From Syntrophobacterales bacterium (GTDB lineage: Bacteria; Desulfobacterota; Syntrophia; Syntrophales; UBA8958), in contig JAGPFL010000001.1 of assembly GCA_018056545.1 (NCBI GenBank), forward strand, positions 11,574 to 75,573: a DNA stretch of 64,000 bases, given 5' to 3'. Under the pieces are notes generated by a model, which saw only the letters and a program-made list of their open reading frames with translations, was not told the origin of the DNA and ran no database searches. The position numbers were made by a program, and so were the translations under genes. Within the stretch, counting starts at the first letter, position 1, and each line of letters starts with the position of its first letter. Shown here piece by piece: positions 45,002 through 54,458 of the stretch.

Positions 45002-46273
45002 TTACTTCAGGGGCAGCAACTGGCCGATGTCCATGACCAGGAGTTGATCCGCTTTGACGCCCGAGGACCGGAGTTCCCTGGCCAAGGCCCGGGGGGCGTG
45101 GCCGATGGGTTCGTCGCCCAGGCGGAAGGCCCCCCACTGGGTGGGGATGAAATGGCGGGCGCCGAGATCCCGAAAGGCGGCGAGGGCCTCCCGGGCGTCC
45201 AAGTGGGGGTAGTGCATGAACCAGCGGGGATCGTAGGCGGTGACGGGGAGCAGGGCATAGGCGATCCCGGGGTAGCGGCGCCCGATCTCCCGATAGCCGA
45301 GGAAATAACCGCTGTCGCCGCCGTAGTATATCTTCTTTCCCGCCGTTTCCAGGAGAAAACTTGCCCAGAGGGTGGCGTTCGTGTCGGTCAGGGTGCGCCG
45401 GGACCAATGCTGGGCGGGGAGGCAGACCAGCCGGCAGCCGTCGCCGCAGGAAATCTCCTGCCACCAGTCCATCTCCACGACGTTGTTTTTCCCCAACTCC
45501 TGCATCAGCGGCTTGAGCCCCAGGGGAACATATATCCTTGTTTCCGCCGGTAATCCCCGGATGCTGGCGGCGTCCAGATGGTCGTAGTGATTGTGGGAGA
45601 TAATGACGTTTTTTTCGCCGGGCAGGGAGAGAAATTCCGCCAAGGAGAGGGCCGGTGGTGTCCGGCGCTTCGGCAGGAGGGCCCGGTCAGAGAACATGGG
45701 GTCCGTGAGCCAATAGACGCCGCCGCTCCGGATCAGGAACGAGGCGTGGCCGATCCAGGCGATGAAGTCTCCGGAAGCGGCTATGATCCTCCGGTGCAGC
45801 TCCGGCATTACCCGGGGCAGGGCATCCTCTTCCTCCGGGGGATAGGAGGTCCGTTCCGACAGCCACCAGGTCAGTACCTCCCCGAACTCCTTTTCCACAG
45901 GCATCCAGGGATTAAAAAACCGCCCGTCGCGATAGTGGGGGGCGTATAGGAGGGCGGGATCCGTGGCGGCTACCGCTTCCCGCCATTTGTCTTCGTCGAA
46001 GGGACGGACGGAAAAGCCGCAGGAGGAGATGAGAAAGGTCAGAACCAGCAGCAGGAAGGCCGCAGTGATCCCGGTCCAACACCCCTGGACGGGTGCGGTC
46101 TTTGCTGTGCCGTGAGCAGGCTTGCCTCGGTGTCCGTCGGCAGGAAGCACCCGGAGCGTATCCGTTCCGTTTTCGGCAGGAACTGCCGGTGTCGGCGATG
46201 ATTCTTGGGCCGTGGGGCGCACATGTGACGACGGTTTCTCTGTCTTCGTCCCTGAAAAACTCTGCGCCTTCAA
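45002..46273 (-). CDS. Membrane-anchored MBL-fold metallo-hydrolase (NAPE-PLD / beta-lactamase_3-like)
   Basis: 423 aa. N-terminal TM ITAAFLLLVLTFLISS, metal motif ISHNHYDHLD, later GGDSGY and HW...D contexts. Confidence 0.7.
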   Translation of the reverse strand: MKAQSFSGTKTEKPSSHVRPTAQESSPTPAVPAENGTDTLRVLPADGHRGKPAHGTAKTAPVQGCWTGITAAFLLLVLTFLISSCGFSVRPFDEDKWREAVAATDPALLYAPHYRDGRFFNPWMPVEKEFGEVLTWWLSERTSYPPEEEDALPRVMPELHRRIIAASGDFIAWIGHASFLIRSGGVYWLTDPMFSDRALLPKRRTPPALSLAEFLSLPGEKNVIISHNHYDHLDAASIRGLPAETRIYVPLGLKPLMQELGKNNVVEMDWWQEISCGDGCRLVCLPAQHWSRRTLTDTNATLWASFLLETAGKKIYYGGDSGYFLGYREIGRRYPGIAYALLPVTAYDPRWFMHYPHLDAREALAAFRDLGARHFIPTQWGAFRLGDEPIGHAPRALARELRSSGVKADQLLVMDIGQLLPLK

Positions 46274-46653
46274 ATAGTCTCTCCGTCGCCGATGAGGGGC
46301 AATACCTTTTCCACCTTAAAATACACAAGGAAGCGGTTTTTTACCTCGTAACGGGAATAGTCGCAACGCCGGCAGATCTCCCTACGGAGCTCCTCGTTCT
46401 GTTCCTCCCAGAGCTTTTTCAGATACAGTCTCTTTCCCGTCCAGCCATCTCCCGCTTTGATGAACGAATAAGCCGCCCAAGGGTTGACCTGGAGGTTTTC
46501 ATGGGTCAGTTTTTCTCCCATGATAAAGATCACGGTGTGTTCGTCCAGGAAATGGGGCCGGGCATAGACGGCGACATTTACCTTTCCCGCGGCATCCGCT
46601 GTAGCCAGCACGCCGTATCCTTTGTTGTTTTCGAAATAGTCCTTTAAACTCAT
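46270..46653 (-). CDS. Pyridoxamine-5'-phosphate-oxidase-like (split-barrel flavin-binding) protein
   Basis: ORF 46270..46755, with the start moved to ATG 46653 (AGGAG RBS). MSLKDYFENNKGYGVLATADAAGKVNVAVYARPHF... The stop overlaps the MBL gene start by 4 nt. Confidence 0.6.
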   Translation of the reverse strand: MSLKDYFENNKGYGVLATADAAGKVNVAVYARPHFLDEHTVIFIMGEKLTHENLQVNPWAAYSFIKAGDGWTGKRLYLKKLWEEQNEELRREICRRCDYSRYEVKNRFLVYFKVEKVLPLIGDGETI

Positions 46654-46867
46654 GGCCAAACTCCTGAAAGGCTCCGTTCGCAAGGATATGTTTTTTCCGC
46701 CCCCGCCGCTTGCAGGGTTGTCCGGTAAGATAGTCAACGCTCTTGCCGGTGTCAATGGCGAAGATTTTGACCATGATAAATCTCCTTGAAATAAATGGCG
46801 TTATCGGGTAAGGAATATATCGTCTAAGTGGGAAAAGGAGGGGGAATCTTTTTTCCAAGGAGACGAT

Positions 46868-48664
46868 ATGCACACATACAAGCTCGACAAACCGGACAAC
46901 CTGGTGGCGCTGCTGGAAGAGAGCGTCGCCAAATATCCCGACAACCTCCTGTTCGGTACCAAGAATCAACAGAAGATTTACGAATGGATCACCTACCGTG
47001 ATTTCGGCAGGCGGGTGGACAACCTCCGCGGCGGCCTGGCGCAACTGGGGGTGACCAAGGGCGACGCCGTCGGCCTCATCGCCAACAACCGCGTCGAATG
47101 GGCAGTGGCCTCCTTTGCGACCTATGGTCTGGGCGGTCGTTACGTTCCCATGTACGAGGCGGAGCTCCTTCATGTCTGGAAGTACATCGTCAAGGACAGC
47201 GGGGTCAAGATCCTCTTCGTCGCCAATCCGGCCGTCTATGAAAAGGTGAAGGATTTTCCCCAGGACATTCCGACCCTGGAGAAGATCTTCCTCATCGACG
47301 GCACCGGAGAGAATACCATGGCGGCGGTGGAGAAACTGGGGGCCGCCCATCCCGTGCCCTCCGTCCGCCCCGATCCCGACGACATCGCCGGTCTGATCTA
47401 TACCTCGGGGACCACGGGCGATCCCAAAGGTGTCCTGCTGTCCCACGGGAATCTCACCAGCAACACCCTGGCGGGTATCAAGAAATATCCCGAGCTCAAC
47501 GAAAAGGCACGCACTCTGGCCATTCTCCCCTGGGCCCATTCCTACGGCCAGACGGCGGAACTCCATGCCGTCATCAGAATGGGGGCGTCCATGGGCCTGG
47601 CGGAGAGCCCGGCGACGATTGCAGGCGACCTGGCCCTGGTGAAGCCGAACTGGCTGGTGGCCGTGCCCCGGGTCTTCAACCGGATTTACGACGGCCTCAT
47701 GAAAAAGATGGAGGAGACCGGAGGCTTGGCCAAGACCCTCTTCGACATGGGGGTGGCCGCGGCGAAGGAGAAAAGGGAGCTGGCGGCGCAAGGCAAGTCA
47801 TGTATGCTGACGAATCTCAAATTCAAGATCGCCGACAAGGTGGTCTTCGCCAAGGTACGGGAGAAAATGGGCGGGCGGCTAATGGGCTGCATGAGCGGCA
47901 GTGCCGCCATGAACCCCGACATCGCCCAGTTTTTCTTCGATATCGGGATCCCGATCTATGATTGCTACGGGATGACCGAGACCTCCCCCGCCATCGCCAT
48001 GAACGCCTCTTATGCCTACCGGCTGGGCAGCGTGGGCCAGGCCATCGACAAGGTCAAGATCGTCATCGACTCCTCCGTGGTCCAGGAAGGGGCCACGGAC
48101 GGCGAGATCGTGGTTTACGGCCCCAACGTGATGAAGGGTTATCACAACAAGCCGGAACAGACCCGGGAGGTCATGACCGCCGACGGGGGCATCCGCACCG
48201 GCGACCGGGGCCGTCTCGACCAGGATGGGTTCCTCTACATCACCGGCCGGATCAAGGAGCAGTTCAAACTGGAAAACGGGAAGTTCGTCTTCCCCGCCTC
48301 CATGGAGGAGGACATCTGTCTCCATCCCTATGTCCAAAACGCCGTGGTTTACGGAGAGAACCGGCCCTACACGATCTGTCTGGTCGTTCCCGATTTTGTC
48401 GCCGTGGAGGCCTATGCGGAGAAGAATCATCTCCCCAAGGAGATGGATGTCCTCATGGAGCGGGAGGAGATCCGCTTCATGATCGGCAACGGGATCACGG
48501 AACTGCTGAAAAAGAAGTACGGCGGTTACGAGATTCCCAAGAAATACGTCTTCCTCAAGGAGAATTTCACCCTGGAAAACGGCTTGTTGACCCAGACCAT
48601 GAAACTCAAGCGCCGGGTGGTAGTGGAGAGATATCGGGATCTCATCGAGGCTCAGTACAGATAA
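46868..48664 (+). CDS. Long-chain fatty acid-CoA ligase (AMP-binding family)
   Basis: 598 aa. AMP-binding signature LIYTSGTTGDPKGV, plus YGMTE, TGDRG, and C-terminal K in TMKLKR. Confidence 0.85.
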   Translation: MHTYKLDKPDNLVALLEESVAKYPDNLLFGTKNQQKIYEWITYRDFGRRVDNLRGGLAQLGVTKGDAVGLIANNRVEWAVASFATYGLGGRYVPMYEAELLHVWKYIVKDSGVKILFVANPAVYEKVKDFPQDIPTLEKIFLIDGTGENTMAAVEKLGAAHPVPSVRPDPDDIAGLIYTSGTTGDPKGVLLSHGNLTSNTLAGIKKYPELNEKARTLAILPWAHSYGQTAELHAVIRMGASMGLAESPATIAGDLALVKPNWLVAVPRVFNRIYDGLMKKMEETGGLAKTLFDMGVAAAKEKRELAAQGKSCMLTNLKFKIADKVVFAKVREKMGGRLMGCMSGSAAMNPDIAQFFFDIGIPIYDCYGMTETSPAIAMNASYAYRLGSVGQAIDKVKIVIDSSVVQEGATDGEIVVYGPNVMKGYHNKPEQTREVMTADGGIRTGDRGRLDQDGFLYITGRIKEQFKLENGKFVFPASMEEDICLHPYVQNAVVYGENRPYTICLVVPDFVAVEAYAEKNHLPKEMDVLMEREEIRFMIGNGITELLKKKYGGYEIPKKYVFLKENFTLENGLLTQTMKLKRRVVVERYRDLIEAQYR

Positions 48665-48718
48665 CACCCAGCGGGCAAGGACTTACCTTTGCGCATGCCC
48701 TTCCGGTTTTGGCGAAAG

Positions 48719-48754
48719 CAAAAAAGCGGCTGGAGAATTTCATCTCCAGCCGCT
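48719..48754 (-). terminator. Rho-independent terminator of groEL (weakly bidirectional)
   Basis: Perfect 12-bp stem AGCGGCTGGAGA / TCTCCAGCCGCT with 6-nt loop. On the minus strand it is followed by TTTTTTGC. Confidence 0.85.
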
Positions 48755-48793
48755 GCTGTTTGCGGTATGCTTCAGAAGAAGATTCCGGCCTGA

Positions 48794-50452
<1,659 letters not shown>

Positions 50453-50463
50453 TTATTCCCTCC

Positions 50464-50754
50464 TTATTCTTCCAGAACGCCGAGAATGTCGTCCGCTCTC
50501 ATCATGAGATGCTCCACGCCATCGATCTTGATTTCCGTGCCGGCGTAACGGCCGAACAGGACGCGGTCCCCTTCCTTGACCTCCATGGGGATGCGCTGTC
50601 CGTCCTTGCCCATCTTACCGGGTCCGACAGCGACCAGCCTTCCCTCGATCGGCTTTTCCTTGGCCGTATCGGGAATGATGATGCCCCCGGCGGTCTTCTG
50701 TTCGCTTTCCTGACGGATTACGAGTACTTGATCGTGAAGCGGTCTAATGTTCAT
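50464..50754 (-). CDS. groS: Co-chaperonin GroES
   Basis: 96 aa. [12 protein letters not shown]...[13 protein letters not shown]...GDRVLF. Confidence 0.97.
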   Translation of the reverse strand: MNIRPLHDQVLVIRQESEQKTAGGIIIPDTAKEKPIEGRLVAVGPGKMGKDGQRIPMEVKEGDRVLFGRYAGTEIKIDGVEHLMMRADDILGVLEE

Positions 50755-50832
50755 AGGCTGTACCTCCCATTGAATAAATTATTCTTTATATGGTTTATTC
50801 TTGAAATTATGATGCATTAAAAGTACGGCGGC

Positions 50833-50860
50833 AATATAATCACGATCCAGGTCTTGTCAA
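50833..50860 (-). promoter_or_regulatory. Near-consensus sigma70-type promoter of groES-groEL (TTGACA-16-TATATT)
   Basis: Read on the minus strand: cTTGACAagacctggatcgtgatTATATTgcc. It predicts a ~72-nt AT-rich leader. Confidence 0.6.
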
Positions 50861-50898
50861 GACTTCGGGGAAAAAAACAGGGAGAAGAGGAAAACCCT

Positions 50899-50927
50899 TT
50901 GACATGGCCCGGACCGATAGCTAATAT
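50899..50927 (+). promoter_or_regulatory. Near-consensus sigma70-type promoter of the FeS/cytochrome b operon (TTGACA-17-TAATAT)
   Basis: Read on the plus strand: TTGACAtggcccggaccgatagcTAATAT, about 45 nt upstream of ATG 50976. Confidence 0.6.
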
Positions 50928-50975
50928 ACCCTGAAGTGGATCTTGTCTGATCGAGCTCAAAGAAGGAGGATGGCG

Positions 50976-51989
50976 ATGAAGAAAGAAAAGCACGGCGGTC
51001 TGAGTCGCCGGTCGTTTCTCAAGGCCGCGACCGGTGTGGCCGCGGCGGGTGCCGGGCTTTCCCTGCCGGAGAAGACGTGGGCTGCGGGGAACGACAAACG
51101 ACAGGCCACCTTGATTGACCTGAGCCTCTGCGACGGTTGCCCGGACCGGGAAGTTCCCGCCTGTGTCTCCGTTTGCAAGGAGATCAACAAGGACAAGATT
51201 CCCAGGATTGCCGAACCCATTCCCGTGCCCTGGCCGCAGAAGAAAGTCGAGGACTGGTCGAAGAAGCGGGAGGTGTTCGACCGTTTGACCCCTTACAACT
51301 TCATCTACGTGCATCGGGCGGAGGTCGAGGAAGGAGGGCAGAAAAAAAACATCTTCGTCCCCCGGCGTTGTATGCACTGCGACAACCCGGCCTGCGCCAC
51401 GATCTGTCCCTTTTCGGCGAACCACAAGTATGAAAACGGGGCGGTGGTCATCGACCAGGATCTCTGTTTCGGCGGGGCCAAGTGCAAAGCCGTCTGCCCC
51501 TGGGAGATTCCCCAGCGCCAGTCCGGGGTGGGAATATATCTTCATATCCTGCCTACGCTGGCCGGCAACGGGGTCATGTACAAGTGCGATCTCTGCCAGG
51601 AGAGACTGATGGTGGGAAAACTTCCGGGCTGCATCGAGGCCTGCCCGCGCCAGGCCATGCTGATCGGCGAGCGCAAGAAAATCTACGCCCTGGCGGAGGA
51701 AAGGGCCAAAGGGATGAACGGTTATCTGTACGGAAAAAGGGAAAACGGCGGGACCGCCACCCTTTACGTATCCCCGGTTTCCTTTGCCGCCCTCAACGGG
51801 ACGATGAAAAAACAACCCGGACGTCCCGATATGAAGGCGGAGGAAAGGCGGATGGCCAGGACGGACAAAATGGGCAAAGCGGTGCTCCAGGCGCCCCTGT
51901 ACGGCATGGCCGCCGGGGTGGCCGGGGCTTTCCTGTCCCTCTCCCGGCGGAAGGACCGGCGGAAAGGAGGAGAAAAAGACCATGAGTGA
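50976..51989 (+). CDS. Tat-exported 4Fe-4S ferredoxin-type subunit (DmsB/FdnH/HybA-like)
   Basis: ORF 50943..51989, with the start moved to ATG 50976 (AGGAGG 6 nt upstream). Twin-arginine signal SRRSFLKAA. Cys clusters CDGC..C..C, CMHCDNPACATICP, CFGGAKCKAVCP, CDLC...C..CP. C-terminal TM anchor. Confidence 0.8.
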   Translation: MKKEKHGGLSRRSFLKAATGVAAAGAGLSLPEKTWAAGNDKRQATLIDLSLCDGCPDREVPACVSVCKEINKDKIPRIAEPIPVPWPQKKVEDWSKKREVFDRLTPYNFIYVHRAEVEEGGQKKNIFVPRRCMHCDNPACATICPFSANHKYENGAVVIDQDLCFGGAKCKAVCPWEIPQRQSGVGIYLHILPTLAGNGVMYKCDLCQERLMVGKLPGCIEACPRQAMLIGERKKIYALAEERAKGMNGYLYGKRENGGTATLYVSPVSFAALNGTMKKQPGRPDMKAEERRMARTDKMGKAVLQAPLYGMAAGVAGAFLSLSRRKDRRKGGEKDHE

Positions 51990-52785
51990 AAGGATCTTAA
52001 CGGAAAAGGGCCTCGTGGTTCGTCACAGCCTCGTCGAGATCATCGAACACTGGGCCATAGCCATCTCGGGGCTGGTGCTCCTCATCACGGGGATTTTCGA
52101 GCTGCCCATGGCTAACCGGTACTACATAACCTCCCTGCCCGGTCTCGGCTGGTCGGGGGATTTCATCAAATCCCTTTACCTCCACTATGCCGCCTCGGTG
52201 GTTTTCATTGCCGCCTCGGTCTTCCATCTACTCTATCACGGCATTCTGGGCGAGTGGGGAATGCTCCCCAAACGGGGGGATGTCGGGACCTCCCTCTTGG
52301 TGATCAAGAGCTTCTTCGGCAAGGGAGAGGAGCCGCCCTTCGAAAAATATCTTCCGGAACAGCGCCTGGCCTATGTCGGGATGGCCTTCATCATCGCCAT
52401 GCTCATCCTGTCGGGACTGGTGAAGACCTACAAGAACCTCTATGCCCCCGACATGTCCCTGACCCTGGTGCTCTGGGCGACGTGGGTCCACAACATCTTC
52501 TTCCTCCTCTTTATCCTGGCCTTTGCGGCCCATATCGGCGCCCTGATCCTGAAACCGAACCGCCCCATGTTCCGGGGAATCTTCACGGGAACGGTCGATC
52601 TTGAGTATGCCCGGCACCGCCATCCCTTGTGGCTTGCCGAACTGGAATCCGATGGCGGGGGAAAACTCTCGCCGCCGCCGGAGCGCATGCTCCGGGAAGA
52701 AGCGGACGAGGCGGGAGGAGAAAAGCCGGCAGCGGAAGGTAGGGAACCCATGATCGAGGAAGAAGAGGAAAAGCCGCCGGCATGA
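51982..52785 (+). CDS. Membrane b-type cytochrome (FdnI/HyaC-like)
   Basis: 267 aa, 4-5 TM, with conserved His in HWAIAISG, HYAASV, HNIFF and HIGA. Overlaps the FeS gene by 8 nt. Confidence 0.7.
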   Translation: MSERILTEKGLVVRHSLVEIIEHWAIAISGLVLLITGIFELPMANRYYITSLPGLGWSGDFIKSLYLHYAASVVFIAASVFHLLYHGILGEWGMLPKRGDVGTSLLVIKSFFGKGEEPPFEKYLPEQRLAYVGMAFIIAMLILSGLVKTYKNLYAPDMSLTLVLWATWVHNIFFLLFILAFAAHIGALILKPNRPMFRGIFTGTVDLEYARHRHPLWLAELESDGGGKLSPPPERMLREEADEAGGEKPAAEGREPMIEEEEEKPPA

Positions 52786-52857
52786 TTCTTGACAATTGCC
52801 GGCTGGTCGGGTAAAGGAGCGCCGGCAGGAAGACAAAACAAATCGGGAGGATTGAAG

Positions 52858-53064
52858 ATGGTATTGAGCAGTTCAGCGGAAAAGTTGAAGAAGATGATCG
52901 ACAAGGCGATCGAAGATCACGAGATTACCGTTACGGAATATGAGAAGATCCTGCATCTGGCCGACGAGGATCACAGGATCGATCCCCAGGAGAAGGCCCT
53001 TTTACAGAGTCTCCAGGATCTCATCGAGAGCGGTGCGGTGAAGAGGGTACCCGATAGAAAATAA
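52858..53064 (+). CDS. Small acidic hypothetical protein (68 aa)
   Basis: ORF 52789..53064, with the start moved to ATG 52858 (GGGAGG 7 nt upstream). MVLSSSAEKLKKMIDKAIEDHEITVTEYEKILHLADEDHRIDPQEKALLQSL... No family recognised. Confidence 0.5.
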   Translation: MVLSSSAEKLKKMIDKAIEDHEITVTEYEKILHLADEDHRIDPQEKALLQSLQDLIESGAVKRVPDRK

Positions 53065-53293
53065 CCTCCGGTGGCTTACTCTCGGGGCGGGAAGGGGGGC
53101 AGCAACCTCCCCCCATCCTCTCCAGCCCTGGAGAGTCGGCAAAAAAGTTCATGTCTCGCAGTGTGCCGCGCAGCGTGGGACAACTGTTTTTCCAAGTAAA
53201 TTTTCATGCCGGGGCGGTCCCCGCGAACGAGGAGAATCTTTTCCAGAAGCTCAGCGGAATCATTTTCCGACCAACTGTTTTCCCTAATAAATA

Positions 53294-54211
53294 TTATCGC
53301 TTCCGGGCCTTTTCGGCGGCCGTGATCCGGCGGTAAAGATCCTCGTTGACCGGGACGGGCACCCCGTGCTTCCGCCCCAGGGCAATGACGACACCGGAGA
53401 GCATCTCCACTTCCGTTTTTCTTCCCGCTTCCATGTCCTGCAACATGGAAGTCTTGCCCTCCGGACCGAGACCGGCCAGTACCGCATACCATTTTTCCAC
53501 ATCATTCTCGGTGAGCGCGATGCCCATTTTTCCGGCCAGGAGAATTACCTCCCGCATGGAGGCGACCATGAGTTCCCGGGCCGGTCCCGGTCGCTGAAAC
53601 ACACCGTAATTTCCCCCGGTGACCGCCGAGGCCTGATTGATTCCCACATTGATCATGAATTTCCACCACATATCGTGAATGATGTCGTCGGGAACCACGT
53701 AGTTGATCCCGGCGCGATCGAACAGTTCCTGTACCTTCTCCACCCGGCGGGAGGCGCCGCGCAAACCTTTTTCCCCGAAAAAGATCTTTCCCTGGGTGGT
53801 ATAGGTGACCGCGTTTCCCTGACGCAGGGCATCAATGCCCACCACCACCGCATAGAGAAGTTTCTCGGGTCCGTAAGCATCGCCGATGCGCTCCTCGCTG
53901 TCGATGCCGTTCATTAGCGAAATGACGATGGTTTTGTCACCGATTGCGTATTTCATCTCGCCGATGGCCTGCGAAAGATGATAGTGCTTTACCGCCACGA
54001 TCAACAGTTCCGCAGGGGGATGAGACGCCCCGGTATCGAGGACGGGAATGGGATAGGCCTTGCCGTTGACGACGATACCTTCCTTCCGGAGGCGCGCCAG
54101 TCGGTCGCCCGAGGCGAGGAAGGAAACACTTTGCGGATCCATGTCGTACAGGAGGGCTGCATAGGCGGACCCGACGGCCCCGGCGCCGATAATCTGGATA
54201 TTGCCGATCAT
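53294..54211 (-). CDS. panE: 2-dehydropantoate 2-reductase (ketopantoate reductase)
   Basis: 305 aa. IQIIGAGAVGSAYA Rossmann motif and ApbA/PanE-like C-terminal helical domain. Confidence 0.8.
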   Translation of the reverse strand: MIGNIQIIGAGAVGSAYAALLYDMDPQSVSFLASGDRLARLRKEGIVVNGKAYPIPVLDTGASHPPAELLIVAVKHYHLSQAIGEMKYAIGDKTIVISLMNGIDSEERIGDAYGPEKLLYAVVVGIDALRQGNAVTYTTQGKIFFGEKGLRGASRRVEKVQELFDRAGINYVVPDDIIHDMWWKFMINVGINQASAVTGGNYGVFQRPGPARELMVASMREVILLAGKMGIALTENDVEKWYAVLAGLGPEGKTSMLQDMEAGRKTEVEMLSGVVIALGRKHGVPVPVNEDLYRRITAAEKARKR

Positions 54212-54458
54212 TTTTCTCTCCTTGTTCGGATCTCCGCTTTAATCTCTTCGGGCGCAATTCCCCGAAGCTCGCAGCGACATGAGGATTTATTACACTTGAT
54301 ACCTCACAGCTTGCTAAGAGGAGGTTCGTTTCCCTATACACCGCTTCGGTGTCGTTAGTAAAGCGGCTAATATCAAGAATATAACAACCGGTTGACACCC
54401 ATCACGATCTGGGTTAAGCAGCGCCGTTGCAGAGTGACTCTGGAGGGGAGAAGGGCCG

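Noticed and set aside
46499-47791. 430-aa minus-strand ORF overlapping the acyl-CoA ligase gene and the PNPOx-like gene
   Set aside because: It is antisense to the AMP-binding ligase (TSGTTGDPKG motif on the plus strand). It has no RBS and no motifs.
50755-50942. CIRCE/HrcA operator or sigma32 promoter for groESL
   Set aside because: I read both strands and found no TTAGCACTC-N9-GAGTGCTAA-like inverted repeat and no sigma32 hexamers. Only a sigma70-type promoter is visible.
54318-54334. tRNA-like T-loop string GAGGAGGTTCGTTTCCC
   Set aside because: The flanks cannot form a T-stem (GGAGG versus CCCTA). No acceptor or anticodon arms could be drawn. It is not a tRNA.
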